Origin: Hyalangium minutum
Lineage (GTDB): Bacteria > Myxococcota > Myxococcia > Myxococcales > Myxococcaceae
Assembly (NCBI RefSeq): GCF_000737315.1
Contig: NZ_JMCB01000020.1
Span: 166,253 to 230,252 of the forward strand
DNA length: 64,000 bases
Reading direction: 5' to 3'
This document shows positions 8,791-18,749 of this stretch, piece after piece. How positions within the stretch are numbered: position 1 is the first letter of the stretch; each line of letters begins with the position of its first letter. The notes below the pieces were generated by a model. The model did not search any database. It was not told where the DNA came from and worked only from the letters and a program-made list of their open reading frames with translations. Position numbers and translations under genes: made by a program.

Positions 8791-9960
8791 CTACGGCATC
8801 ACGTCCGAGAGTGACCGGCCCATGACGAAGTTGTCGTGGTACACCACGCCCGTCTGAGTGATGGTCGAGTTCCGGTACAGGCCCATCTTCAGGTAGTTCA
8901 CCTGTCCGGAGAACTGGGTGGCGCAGGAGCGCTTGGGAAGCACGAGCTGGCCCTGGTGGTAGAGCTCCACGAAGCCGGCGCTCGCGTTGGGCGACCACTT
9001 CACGTGGAAGACGAAGTCATTCCAGGTGCTGCGCACCAAGGGGGTGCGCCACACCTCGGTGCTGCTGCAGTAGAGGATGATGTTGCCGTTGTTGACGGCG
9101 AACTCCACCGGAGGCGAGCCGCTGCTGCCCGTGTGGTGCCACTGGGTGAAGAGCTGCCAGGTGGCCGGGGAGGGGAAGTCCGCCGCGAACATCGTGCTCC
9201 AGCGGTAGTAGTACTCGGAGTTCTCAGGTTCGTACGTCAGGCGCACCATCTCGTTGCGGTTGCCGCTGGCGCCAATGGGGTTGTCGCCCTGCTTCACGGT
9301 GGCCTTGAGCGCATAGCTGCCTTGCCGCAACGGCGACGTGACGAGCTGCAGCCGATCCGCGCTCACCATCTGCGTCGAGCTCCACTGCGAGAGGTTGCCC
9401 GTCTCGAAGTCGCCGCGCCACACCTCCGTGGAGGGGGGCGCCGCGCACGGACGCGCCTCGGCGATGCTGGCCCATTCGTTCAGGTTGTTGCCCAGCACGG
9501 TGATGCGCAGCCGACGCGCGGTGCGAGCGGGGAACGTATAGGTCTCCGCCGCCAGGGTCGCGCTGTTCTGCCCGCTGTAGACCTGGGTGTAGTTGATGCC
9601 GTCGAGCGTGGTCTGGAGGATGAATTTGTTGGTCTGCGTGGTTCCCAGGTGCCACGCGATGGCGGCACCCGCCACTGTCTTCTCCGAGCCCAGGTCGTAG
9701 TCGATCCAGGAACCCTTGCCGAGATTGCTCCAGCGCGTCTCCAGCCGGTCATCCAGGGTGTTGGTGGCAGGGTTTCCAGTTTCACTGCCAGAGACGAGCA
9801 CCGAGGTCGCGGTGAGGGGCGTGCAGTTCTGCACGGTGAGTTCCTCCCCCTCGGAGGCTGTGCCCAGGCCTGGGAGCTCGTCGGAGAGGGTGTCCTGCGG
9901 ACTGCAGGCCACGAAGCCGAGAATGAGAAGGAGTCCAATCCCAATAAAAACTTTCGTCAT
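8791..9960 (-). CDS. Lipoprotein with discoidin (F5/8 type C) domain and polysaccharide-lyase-like domain
   Basis: Lipobox FVAC; TLDDRLETRWS..W discoidin motif; RNEM, FTQWH, YLKMGLYR lyase-like motifs. Confidence 0.8.
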   Translation of the reverse strand: MTKVFIGIGLLLILGFVACSPQDTLSDELPGLGTASEGEELTVQNCTPLTATSVLVSGSETGNPATNTLDDRLETRWSNLGKGSWIDYDLGSEKTVAGAAIAWHLGTTQTNKFILQTTLDGINYTQVYSGQNSATLAAETYTFPARTARRLRITVLGNNLNEWASIAEARPCAAPPSTEVWRGDFETGNLSQWSSTQMVSADRLQLVTSPLRQGSYALKATVKQGDNPIGASGNRNEMVRLTYEPENSEYYYRWSTMFAADFPSPATWQLFTQWHHTGSSGSPPVEFAVNNGNIILYCSSTEVWRTPLVRSTWNDFVFHVKWSPNASAGFVELYHQGQLVLPKRSCATQFSGQVNYLKMGLYRNSTITQTGVVYHDNFVMGRSLSDVMP

Positions 9961-10276
9961 TTTCGCTCTGTAAAAAAGACAGACGGGGGTATGCCGGGCC
10001 GCGGAGCGGTCGGCGGAGACGGGTCTCAGGTGTGTCAGGGTTCAGCTTTCCTACGTGCTCGAGGCCAAAGGCCAAAGCATCACATCAGAGGAGGATGTAT
10101 GTGTTTGGAGGAGCCCTTCTCCCGTTTGAGCCGGCTGCGGAATGCGGTCTCGCTGTGGCCAAGCAAAGCCAAGCGAGATGTCTGTTTTGTACTCAACATT
10201 TCTCGCGATGAGAAGTTACTGCGAGAGCAGGCAAGCAGTCCTCTCAGAGTGATACATGTCTCAGTGCGCTTGTTCC

Positions 10277-10891
10277 TCACCCCGGAGTGACGGGCGCTAG
10301 CCGGTCCACGATCCGCACCTCGGTGAAGCCCAGCGAGAGGAAGAGGGCGCGCAGGGAGCGCTCCGCGGACTGGCGCGCGCGGTCCCTCAGCCGTTGATCA
10401 TTCCGCACCTCGTACTCGAAGGCGGACCGGGCCCGCTCCAGCAGGTGCGCCGTTTGCTGGCTGTCCAGGTTGGAGTCGATCACCTCGGTCTCCCCAGGCT
10501 TCAGCTCCACCTTCACCTCCAGCGGAGGCAGCACCACGTCCACCTTCGTCCCCGTCACCCGCAGCGACGAGGTGTCGATGCGCTGGAAGTCGTAGCCCAG
10601 GTGCACATCCGCGAAGACGATGGCCCGGCCCCGCGGCGTGTTCAGCTTGTAGGACGCCCAGTTGATGACGTCCTTCCACAGCGCGTCCTCCGCCCTGGGC
10701 TCCGGGCTGAAGGTCACCTTCTTGTAGAGCGCCACATCCAGCGTCTCCAGCCGCGCCACCTCGCGCATCTGGAGCACCAGCGCCGGTGGGTCAGGCAGGG
10801 TCCGCGCCTGCTCTCGCAGGAAGAAGAAGGTCCCCAGCGCCCCGAGTGCCACGGCGCCAGCCACGAGGAGGATGCGCAGGACGAGCTTCAT
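10277..10891 (-). CDS. DUF4230 family membrane-anchored protein
   Basis: N-terminal TM; VHLGYDF..ID..L.V.G..V.V.LPP pattern. Confidence 0.75.
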   Translation of the reverse strand: MKLVLRILLVAGAVALGALGTFFFLREQARTLPDPPALVLQMREVARLETLDVALYKKVTFSPEPRAEDALWKDVINWASYKLNTPRGRAIVFADVHLGYDFQRIDTSSLRVTGTKVDVVLPPLEVKVELKPGETEVIDSNLDSQQTAHLLERARSAFEYEVRNDQRLRDRARQSAERSLRALFLSLGFTEVRIVDRLAPVTPG

Positions 10892-10952
10892 GTCCGGAAG
10901 TCTACCCTGGCTGACAGCGCGTGGCCTCTGAGGCACGGTGCGGGGTGAACAG

Positions 10953-11555
10953 ATGGAGCTCAAGGACGACGAAATCGAAGCGCTGGGCACCCACGGCTTC
11001 TTCATGCGGGATGGCTTCTTGGGGCCGGAGCGGGCGAGCACGGTCCACGCGGAGGCCCAGGCTCTCGTGGGGGCGGGTGGCCTGAGGCCCGCCAGCATCC
11101 GGCGCGGCGCGGACCGGACCGAGGACACCTCCGTCCGCAGCGACTTCATCACCTGGGTCCAGCCCCAGCCGGGGACGGCACTTGGGGAGCTATGGGACGC
11201 CTTCGTGCAGCTGGGAGAGGCGCTCTCCGCGGGGGCGTACCTGGGACTGGGCCGGTTCGATCTGCAGCTCGCTCACTACCCAGGCGGCGGAGCGCACTAC
11301 CAGCGCCACCGGGACGCCTTCCCCGGCCAGTCGAACCGCCGCGTGACGGCCATTTACTACGTCAACCCGGACTGGCGGCCAGAGCACGGCGGTAAGCTTC
11401 GGCTGTACCTGGACTCCGGGACGCGGGACGTAGAGCCCACCCTGGACCGGCTGGTGGTCTTCCTCAGCGAGCAGCTGGACCATGAGGTGCTGCCCGCACA
11501 CGCGCCCAGGCTCGCACTGACAGCATGGTTCTACGGGAGAGACGTGGCACGATGA
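10953..11555 (+). CDS. 2OG-Fe(II) oxygenase (prolyl-hydroxylase/SM-20 like)
   Basis: HRD, YYVN..W..E.GG.L, HEV...R.A motifs. Confidence 0.88.
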   Translation: MELKDDEIEALGTHGFFMRDGFLGPERASTVHAEAQALVGAGGLRPASIRRGADRTEDTSVRSDFITWVQPQPGTALGELWDAFVQLGEALSAGAYLGLGRFDLQLAHYPGGGAHYQRHRDAFPGQSNRRVTAIYYVNPDWRPEHGGKLRLYLDSGTRDVEPTLDRLVVFLSEQLDHEVLPAHAPRLALTAWFYGRDVAR

Positions 11556-12403
11556 CGACTCTCATGGCCGAGCGTCCTCCCAGCTTCGAGAAGGGAACCC
11601 TCTGGAGCACCATCGTCGAGCGCACCGCCCGGGCGCTCGCCAGCGGTGCCCTTGTTCCCATCCGCACCGAAGTGGAGGTCATCGAGGACGAGGGCGTCCC
11701 CTTCCTCGTCCGGGTCGTCTCCAATCTGGAGCGCAAGGCGAAGGCCGCACCGCCTCCGTCGGACGGCAAGCCCCCGAAGAACCCCTTCATCCCTCCTTAT
11801 GAGGAGGAGCTCTTCGTCACGCTCGTGCCGCCCGCCCACGCGTGCCTGCTCAACAAGTTCAACGTCTTCGACCACCACGCGCTGCTCGTCACCCGCGCCT
11901 ACGAGGAGCAGGACTCCCTCCTCACCGCCGCCGACTTCGAGGCGCTCCTCCACTGCACCGCCGAGGTCGACGCACTCTCCTTCTATAACGGTGGCCGCGT
12001 TGCGGGCGCGAGCCAGCCCCACAAGCACCTTCAGTTCGTTCAGGTGCCGCTGGCCGCGGACGGACGCCGCACGCCCATGGATGAAGTCATCGGCCGACGC
12101 CCGCTGCCGTTCCGCCACGCGCTGGGCCCGCCGCTCCAAACGCCCGAGCAGGCGCACTCCACTTATATGGACCTGCTGCGCGAGGTGGGCTGCGAGCAGC
12201 CGGGGACGCCCTACAACCTCCTGGCCACGCGCGACTGGACGATGGTGGTGCCCCGCACCCATGAGTGCTTCGGCCCCATCTCGCTCAACGCGCTCGCCTT
12301 CGCTGGCTCCTTGCTGGTGAAGAACCGAGAGCAGCTCGAGCACGTGCGCGCCGTGGGCCCCATGTCCGTGCTCCGCGCCGTGACGGGCTCCTCCCAGGCG
12401 TGA
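11552..12403 (+). CDS. ATP adenylyltransferase / Ap4A phosphorylase family
   Basis: NPF.P, LLNKFNV..HH, FYNGG..AGASQPHKHLQ; ATGA overlap with upstream gene. Confidence 0.88.
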   Translation: MTTLMAERPPSFEKGTLWSTIVERTARALASGALVPIRTEVEVIEDEGVPFLVRVVSNLERKAKAAPPPSDGKPPKNPFIPPYEEELFVTLVPPAHACLLNKFNVFDHHALLVTRAYEEQDSLLTAADFEALLHCTAEVDALSFYNGGRVAGASQPHKHLQFVQVPLAADGRRTPMDEVIGRRPLPFRHALGPPLQTPEQAHSTYMDLLREVGCEQPGTPYNLLATRDWTMVVPRTHECFGPISLNALAFAGSLLVKNREQLEHVRAVGPMSVLRAVTGSSQA

Positions 12404-12410
12404 GCCCGGC

Positions 12411-12971
12411 TCAGGTCAGCGGGGGCGCCAGCAGCACCACCGAGTAGCCCACCGCGGTCCGGTCCCCCGGGTTCTCGTACGAGTGCTTCTGGTCCCCCCG
12501 GAACACCACCACGTCCCCCGTCTGCAGCACGAAGCGCTCCCCGCTGGCCACCAGCGCCAGCTGCCCGGACTCGCAGGCCAGGTATTCGCGCGTGCCCGGC
12601 GTATGCGGCACTCCGGAGATGCGCGCCCGCGGCGGTAACTCCAGCCGGTCGAACTCCATCCCCGGCAGCGGATCCGGCAACAGCTTGCGCAGGAAGCCCG
12701 CTCCCCGCTGCCGCACCGGCAAGCTCTCGCGCGGGTAGTGCCGGGCATTGGCTCGGGGCCGGGCCACCAGCTCCTCCAGTGTCACCTGGAGGGCGCTCGC
12801 CACGCGGTGCAGCACGGCGAGGGTCGGGTTGCTCGCCCCGGACTCCAGGTGGGCCCACGTCGCCCGGGGGATGCCCGCAAGCTTCGACAGCTGGGCCTGC
12901 GTCGCCCCGCGCGCTTCCCGGAGCGCCTTGATGTTGCGCGCCAGCCATCCCGCCAGCTCCTCGTCGTTCAT
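12411..12971 (-). CDS. XRE-family HTH regulator with cupin domain
   Basis: TQAQLSKLAGI..LESG.SNPTL HTH; C-terminal cupin GD...F.GD..H.Y.N. Confidence 0.88.
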   Translation of the reverse strand: MNDEELAGWLARNIKALREARGATQAQLSKLAGIPRATWAHLESGASNPTLAVLHRVASALQVTLEELVARPRANARHYPRESLPVRQRGAGFLRKLLPDPLPGMEFDRLELPPRARISGVPHTPGTREYLACESGQLALVASGERFVLQTGDVVVFRGDQKHSYENPGDRTAVGYSVVLLAPPLT

Positions 12972-13056
12972 GAAGCAGCATTCTGCCAATCCATTGGCAA
13001 ACCGGACGAAGAATCGGCCAGCCCCGTGTACCTCTCATGGCACAGGAGGAGACACG

Positions 13057-13782
13057 ATGAAGCTCGAAGGCAAGGCAGTGCTGGTGACGGGGGCAAGCCG
13101 GGGACTGGGCGAGGCCCTCATGAAGCGCCTGGCGCGCAAGGGCGCCCGCGTGGTGGGCGTCTCTCGCAACGCCCAGGAGATGGAGGCCGTGGCGGCGGCC
13201 CTCCGCGCGGAGGGCCATGTGGCTCATGCGCTCGCATACGACGTGGGGGACAAGGAGGCCATCTACCCGCTGGTGGGCGCGGCCTCGGCGCTGGTGGGGC
13301 CCCTCGACGTGCTGGTGCACAATGCCAGCACGCTCGGGCCCACGCCCCTGCCGCTGCTGCTCGACACCGCCTGCGAGGACCTCTCGAAGGTGCTCGAGGT
13401 GAACCTCGTGGGGCCCTTCCGGCTCACCAAGGCGGTGGCCGGCGCCATGGCCATGCGCGGCAGCGGGGTGGTGGTGCACCTCAGCTCGGACGCGGCTGTG
13501 TCCGCTTACCCGCGCTGGGGCGCGTACTCCGTCTCGAAGCTGGCCTTGGAGCACCTGGGCCGCATCTGGGCCGCCGAGCTGGAGGGCACCGGTGTCCGCT
13601 TCTTCAACGTGGACCCGGGTGAGATGGACACGAAGATGCACGCCGACGCCATTCCGGATGCGGACCGCGCCACGCTCTCGCGCCCGGACGATGTGGCTGC
13701 CCGGCTCCTCGGGCTGCTGGAGCGCGCCGAGAACGTTCCCTCAGGCAGCCGCCTCGAGGCAGCCCGGCTGGAGGCGGCATGA
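13057..13782 (+). CDS. SDR family oxidoreductase
   Basis: TGASRGLG, HNA, YSVSK, VDPG motifs; AGGAGG RBS. Confidence 0.9.
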   Translation: MKLEGKAVLVTGASRGLGEALMKRLARKGARVVGVSRNAQEMEAVAAALRAEGHVAHALAYDVGDKEAIYPLVGAASALVGPLDVLVHNASTLGPTPLPLLLDTACEDLSKVLEVNLVGPFRLTKAVAGAMAMRGSGVVVHLSSDAAVSAYPRWGAYSVSKLALEHLGRIWAAELEGTGVRFFNVDPGEMDTKMHADAIPDADRATLSRPDDVAARLLGLLERAENVPSGSRLEAARLEAA

Positions 13783-14804
13783 ACCCCGCACACTGGCCTC
13801 GTGAGCACCCCGAGGCAAACCGCCTGCTGCACGTCTCCCCGTCCTCTGGACGCATCTCGGACCGGCGCGTGGAGCACCTCCCGGAGTTGCTGCGCTCCGG
13901 AGACCTCCTGGTGGTGAACGACGCCGCCACCCTCCCAAGCTCCCTGCACGGCCTCACCGTGGCGGGGGGCCCCATTGAGCTGCGGCTGCTCGCGAGGGAA
14001 GAGGAGGGCACCTGGACGGCGGTGCTCTTCGGCGCGGGCGACTGGCGGATGCGCACCGAGGATCGGCCTGCGCCTCCCTTGCTCACCGTGGGAACGCAGC
14101 TCGTGCTGGGCACGTTGAAGGCGTGCGTAGTGGAGGTGCTCCCGCCTTCGCCTCGCCTGCTCCGCGTGGCCTTCGAGGCCCAGGGCGCCGAGCTGTGGGC
14201 CGGCCTCTACCGCTCGGGCAAGCCCGTCCAGTACTCCTATCTCTCGGGACCGCTCGCGCTCTGGCACATCCAGACCGCCTACGCCGCCCGGCCCTGGGCC
14301 GCCGAAGCCCCCTCCGCCGGACTGCCCCTCACCTGGGCGCTGCTGCTCGAGCTCCGGCGCCGGGGCGTGCGCTTCGCCTCGCTCACCCACGCCGCTGGGC
14401 TGTCCTCCACCGGAGACGCCGCGCTCGACGCCGCGCTGCCTCGTCCAGAGCGCTTCGAGCTTCCCGCCTCCACCGTGGAAGCCATCCACGCCACGCGCGC
14501 CTCGGGAGGCCGCGTGGTCGCCGTGGGCACCACCGTGGTGCGAGCGCTCGAGGGACGTGCCGCTCAGGCCGGTGGAAGGCTCACGGCTGGCGAGGGCGTG
14601 ACGGATCTGCTCATGGGGCCAGGCTTCATCCCCAAGGTCGTGAGTGGACTCCTGACGGGTGTGCACGAGCCTGCGACAAGTCACTACATGCTCCTCCAGG
14701 CCTTTGCGCCGCTCGCATTGCTCCGCGAGGCCGCCCAAATCGCGGAAAAACGCGGTTACCTGGGCCACGAGTTCGGCGATTCGTGCCTGATCCTGGACGC
14801 CTGA
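13779..14804 (+). CDS. QueA-like SAM:tRNA ribosyltransferase-isomerase family protein (divergent)
   Basis: GDLLVVND..T.P, APSAGL, VAVGTTVVRALE, EFGDS.L; ATGA overlap with the SDR gene. Confidence 0.8.
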   Translation: MNPAHWPREHPEANRLLHVSPSSGRISDRRVEHLPELLRSGDLLVVNDAATLPSSLHGLTVAGGPIELRLLAREEEGTWTAVLFGAGDWRMRTEDRPAPPLLTVGTQLVLGTLKACVVEVLPPSPRLLRVAFEAQGAELWAGLYRSGKPVQYSYLSGPLALWHIQTAYAARPWAAEAPSAGLPLTWALLLELRRRGVRFASLTHAAGLSSTGDAALDAALPRPERFELPASTVEAIHATRASGGRVVAVGTTVVRALEGRAAQAGGRLTAGEGVTDLLMGPGFIPKVVSGLLTGVHEPATSHYMLLQAFAPLALLREAAQIAEKRGYLGHEFGDSCLILDA

Positions 14805-14955
14805 GGCGGGATGCCAGGCGGCTGGAGTCACGCTTCGCGCCCTCCGTGTGGCGCACAAACCCTTAAAATCACTCGGAATCAATCGGAAGGAGGCAGGCGA
14901 GGGGCCTGAAATCCGATTTTTGTCGGACCGTGGTGTTGTAAAGGTTTAGCCAGGC

Positions 14956-14984
14956 TTGACGGGATTTCGGGTTTGATGCATAAA
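14956..14984 (+). promoter_or_regulatory. Sigma70-type promoter of the large Ig-repeat lipoprotein
   Basis: TTGACG-N17-CATAAT in an AT-rich patch about 70 nt upstream of ATG 15052. Confidence 0.7.
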
Positions 14985-15051
14985 TAACGTAACTTTAGCG
15001 GGTGGCTGGAATTCCCCTTCGAGCCTCTCGCTTTCGCCCCGGAGTCACCCC

Positions 15052-18000
15052 ATGAGCCGGAACCCCCTGAGCAGAGCGGCGATGTTGGTGGTCACGCTGG
15101 CAGTGATGGCGTGCGGTCAGGAGTCGCAGCAAGCGGCCTCGGAGGCGGCCGCCCCGACGACTCGTCAGGATGAACTCGCCCAGTTCAAGGCGCTGATCCT
15201 GGCGCGCACCGTGGCGGGTGGCACGGAGAGCGTGGAGTACCAGGCCGCGAAGAACATGGGCTTTCCGGTGACGCTGGCCTCGGACGAGCAGTGGGCGGGA
15301 ATGACGGCGGAGCAGTTCGCCGAGTACCGCGTCATCATCCTGGGCGATGCCAACTGCGCCAGCCTGAACGTGGCGTCCGCGGCGCTGGCCAACCGCCACG
15401 TGTGGGGCCCGGTCATCAACGGCAACGTGCTGATCGCCGGCACGGCGCCGGTGGCCAACGGGGCGACGTCGGTGACGGAGCAGGCCATCCAGTTCGCCGC
15501 GTACTCGCCCGGCCAGACGGGCCTGTACCTGTCCCTGAGCTGCTACTACCAGAACGCGGCTCCCGAGACGCACGTGGAGTTGCTGGAGTCGTTCGGCGAG
15601 TTCTCGGTGCAGGGCGGTGGCTGCCACGCCAGCGCGCATGTCGTCGGCGAGCACCCGGCGCTTGCGAATGTGACGGACGCTGCCATGTCCAACTGGCCCT
15701 GCTCGGTGAACGCGCAGTTCGACCGCTTCCCGAAGGCCAACTTCGCGCCCCTGTCCGTGGCCGAGTACTCGGAGAGCTCGCGTGGCTCCGCTCCGGTGCA
15801 CGAGTTCACGGATGGCCGGATGGGCGCTCCCTACATTCTGGCGCGCGGCGTGAACCTGCTGGGCTGTGGCAACTACGAGCAGGAGGTGGGTGAGGAGTGC
15901 GACTACGGCTACGAGTCCAACGGCCTGGCTGGTTCGGAGTGCTCCGCGACGTGCCAGCTGAACTGGTGCGGTGACGGCATCGTGAATCCGGGCGAGGACT
16001 GCGACCTGGGCTCGGAGAACGGCCAGGGCGTCTGCCCGCGCTCCTGCCGGACCATTCCCGCGCCGCCCCCGCCGCCTCCGCCCACGAACCGTCCCCCGGT
16101 GGCCCGCTGCCGCCCGGTGCACCTGAGCGCCGGCCCGTCCTGCGGTGGCGTGGGTGCCTCCATCAACGACGGCTCCTTCGACCCGGATGACAACCTGGTG
16201 GGCTGCGTGCAGAGCGCGACGGCGTTCGAGGTGGGCTCCACCCAGGCCACGCTGACGTGCACGGACGCGGGCGGGCAGGTGTCCTCCTGCACGGCTCTGG
16301 TGAACGTGGTGGATGACAGCGCCCCGAGCATCTCCTGCCCGGCAGCGAGCTCCTTCGAGTGCGGCACGGCCCAGGCGGCGGTGCTCCCCGCCCACGCGAA
16401 CGACAACTGCGTGGCTCCCTTCGTGACGCACACCCTGCAGGGCGAGGGCTACACGCTGGGCACGCCGCGCACGGTGCGCTGGCTGGCGAGCGACGGTACC
16501 AACGAGGCGACGTGCTCCACCTCCATCACCATGGTGGACACGCTGGCCCCGAGCCTCACGCTGCGCGGTGCGGCGCAGCAGCAGCTGGAGTGCGGCGTGG
16601 GCAGCTACAGCGAGGCGGGCTACACGGCGAGCGACCTGTGCGCCGGGAACCTGGTGGACAGCGTCTCGGTGTCCAGCACGGTGAACGCCAAGGCGGTGGG
16701 CACCTACGGGGTGAGCTACCGGGTGGTGGATGGCGCGGGCCAGGAGGCCACGGCGTCCCGCTCGGTGAAGGTGGTGGACACGCTGGCCCCGGTCCTCTCG
16801 CTGGTGGGTGCGCAGTCCCTGAAGCTGGAGTGCGGCGTGGACGGCTTCACCCACGCGGGCGCCACGGCGGTGGATGCGTGCTCCGGCACCCTGACGGACG
16901 CCATCACCTACAGCGGCACGGTGGACACGAAGGCGGTGGGCAACTACAGCGTGACGGCGCGCGTGGTGGACGGCGCGGGCCTGGCGGCCACGGCGGTGCG
17001 CTCGGTCGAGGTGGCGGACACGAAGGCTCCGGTCCTCTCGCTGGTGGGTGCGCAGTCCATGCAGGTGGAGTGCGGTGGCAGCTTCACCAACCCGGGCGCC
17101 ACGGCGACGGACGCGTGCTCCGGCCCCCTGACGGGCGCCATCACCTACAGCAGCACGGTGAACACGGCGGCGGTGGGGAGCTACAACGTGACGGCGCGCG
17201 TGGTGGACGGTGCCGGCCTGGAGTCCACGGCGGTGCGCACGGTGGCGGTGGCGGACACGAAGGCCCCGGTCGTCACCCTCTCGGGCGCCAGCCTGGTGAA
17301 CGTGGAGTGCGGCGTGGGCAGCTACACGGAGGCGGGCGCCTCGGCCACCGACGTGTGCACCGGTGACGTGAGCAACCGGCTGAGCATCAGCGGCACGGTA
17401 AACACGGCGGCCCGCGGCACGTACACGAAGACCTACAGCGTGACGGACGTCTCCGGCAACCAGGCCTCGGCCACCCGCACGGTGAAGGTGAACGACACGC
17501 TGGCCCCGAGCATCGCCCTGGTGGGTGCGCAGTCCCTGAAGCTGGAGTGCGGCGTGGACAGCTTCACCAACCCGGGCGCCACGGCGGTGGATGCGTGCGC
17601 TGGCAACCTGACGGGCGCCATCGCCTACAGCGGCGCGGTGAACACGGCGGTGGTGGGCAACTACACGGTGAACGCCAGCGTGGCGGACGCGGTGGGCCTG
17701 TCGGCCACGGCGGTGCGCTCGGTGCAGGTGGCGGACACGAAGGCCCCGGTCATCACGCTCAACGGCGCCAGCGCGATGACGCTGGAGTGCGGCGTGGGCA
17801 CCTACACGGAGCAGAGCGCCACGGCGGCGGACGCGTGCACGGGCAACGTGACCAGCCGGCTGAACATCACCGGCACGGTGAACACGGCGGTCCGCGGCAC
17901 GTACACGAAGAACTACAGCGTGACGGATGTGTCCGGCAACGTGGCCACGGCGACGCGCACGGTGACGGTGAACGACACGCTGGCCCCGACGGTGACGCTG

Positions 18001-18663
18001 GCAGGCTCGGCCACCATGTCCCTCCAGGTGGGCAGCGCCTACGTGGAGCCGGGCTCCTCGGCCACGGACTCCTGCTCCGGGACCCTGACCGTCACCAAGA
18101 CGGGCACGGTGAACACGGCAGTGCCCGGTACCTACACGCTGACCTACACGGCGCGCGATGCGGCGGGCCTGAGCGCCTCCAAGACGCGCACGGTGACGGT
18201 GGTGGGCAACACCTGCAACACCACCATCACGGTGAAGCCGACCCAGCAGATCTGGCCGCCGAACCACAACTACCAGACGTTCACCCTGTCTGACTGCGCC
18301 GCCGTGACGACCAACTGCGGCCCCGATGATGACGGTGGCTGCGGCCACGGTGGCTCGGCCATCGATGAGATGGGCAAGATCCTCTCCATCTACAGCGACG
18401 AGGTGGAGGATGCGAATGGCAACGGCGACGGCAAGACGGACGACGACATCGTCATCACCGGCCCGAGCAGCTTCAAGCTGCGCGCCGAGCGCCAGGGCAA
18501 GGGCAACGGCCGCATCTACGGCGTGCGCTTCAAGGTGACGGACACCTCCGGTACCATCAAGACGGCCACCTGCAAGTTCGTGGTGCCGCACGACCAGTCG
18601 GACCGCCAGGGCATCGATGACGGCGCCGCCGCGGGCTACACGGTGAACGCCCCGAACTGGTAG
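15052..18663 (+). CDS. Large surface lipoprotein with Cys-rich repeat, HYR-like and seven DUF5011-like Ig domains
   Basis: Lipobox VMAC; CGDGIVNPGEDCD myxobacterial Cys-rich repeat; DT.AP...L.G...EC repeats; WPPNH..LRAER C-terminal domain. Confidence 0.85.
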   Translation: MSRNPLSRAAMLVVTLAVMACGQESQQAASEAAAPTTRQDELAQFKALILARTVAGGTESVEYQAAKNMGFPVTLASDEQWAGMTAEQFAEYRVIILGDANCASLNVASAALANRHVWGPVINGNVLIAGTAPVANGATSVTEQAIQFAAYSPGQTGLYLSLSCYYQNAAPETHVELLESFGEFSVQGGGCHASAHVVGEHPALANVTDAAMSNWPCSVNAQFDRFPKANFAPLSVAEYSESSRGSAPVHEFTDGRMGAPYILARGVNLLGCGNYEQEVGEECDYGYESNGLAGSECSATCQLNWCGDGIVNPGEDCDLGSENGQGVCPRSCRTIPAPPPPPPPTNRPPVARCRPVHLSAGPSCGGVGASINDGSFDPDDNLVGCVQSATAFEVGSTQATLTCTDAGGQVSSCTALVNVVDDSAPSISCPAASSFECGTAQAAVLPAHANDNCVAPFVTHTLQGEGYTLGTPRTVRWLASDGTNEATCSTSITMVDTLAPSLTLRGAAQQQLECGVGSYSEAGYTASDLCAGNLVDSVSVSSTVNAKAVGTYGVSYRVVDGAGQEATASRSVKVVDTLAPVLSLVGAQSLKLECGVDGFTHAGATAVDACSGTLTDAITYSGTVDTKAVGNYSVTARVVDGAGLAATAVRSVEVADTKAPVLSLVGAQSMQVECGGSFTNPGATATDACSGPLTGAITYSSTVNTAAVGSYNVTARVVDGAGLESTAVRTVAVADTKAPVVTLSGASLVNVECGVGSYTEAGASATDVCTGDVSNRLSISGTVNTAARGTYTKTYSVTDVSGNQASATRTVKVNDTLAPSIALVGAQSLKLECGVDSFTNPGATAVDACAGNLTGAIAYSGAVNTAVVGNYTVNASVADAVGLSATAVRSVQVADTKAPVITLNGASAMTLECGVGTYTEQSATAADACTGNVTSRLNITGTVNTAVRGTYTKNYSVTDVSGNVATATRTVTVNDTLAPTVTLAGSATMSLQVGSAYVEPGSSATDSCSGTLTVTKTGTVNTAVPGTYTLTYTARDAAGLSASKTRTVTVVGNTCNTTITVKPTQQIWPPNHNYQTFTLSDCAAVTTNCGPDDDGGCGHGGSAIDEMGKILSIYSDEVEDANGNGDGKTDDDIVITGPSSFKLRAERQGKGNGRIYGVRFKVTDTSGTIKTATCKFVVPHDQSDRQGIDDGAAAGYTVNAPNW
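16534..18207 (+). repeat. Seven tandem ~240-bp coding repeats (Ig-like domains)
   Basis: Units start at 16534, 16774, 17014, 17251, 17491, 17731, 17971. Confidence 0.85.
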
Positions 18664-18693
18664 TCAGTCAGCGCTGAGCGCGTCTCTCGCGCC

Positions 18694-18738
18694 AGACGCC
18701 CGGCAATCCCTCGGGGTTGCCGGGCGTCTTCATTTTCA
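18694..18738 (+). terminator. Intrinsic terminator, possibly bidirectional
   Basis: Hairpin AGACGCCCGGCAA...TTGCCGGGCGTCT followed by TCATTTT between convergent genes. Confidence 0.75.
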
Positions 18739-18749
18739 GGGAGCGGGGC

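Noticed and set aside
16534-18207. Regularly spaced near-identical DNA as a possible CRISPR array
   Set aside because: 240-bp in-frame coding repeats, no unique spacers, no cas genes
14995-18591. 1198-aa minus-strand repetitive ORF
   Set aside because: Mirror of the Ig-repeat lipoprotein; its repeats simply reflect the plus-strand repeats
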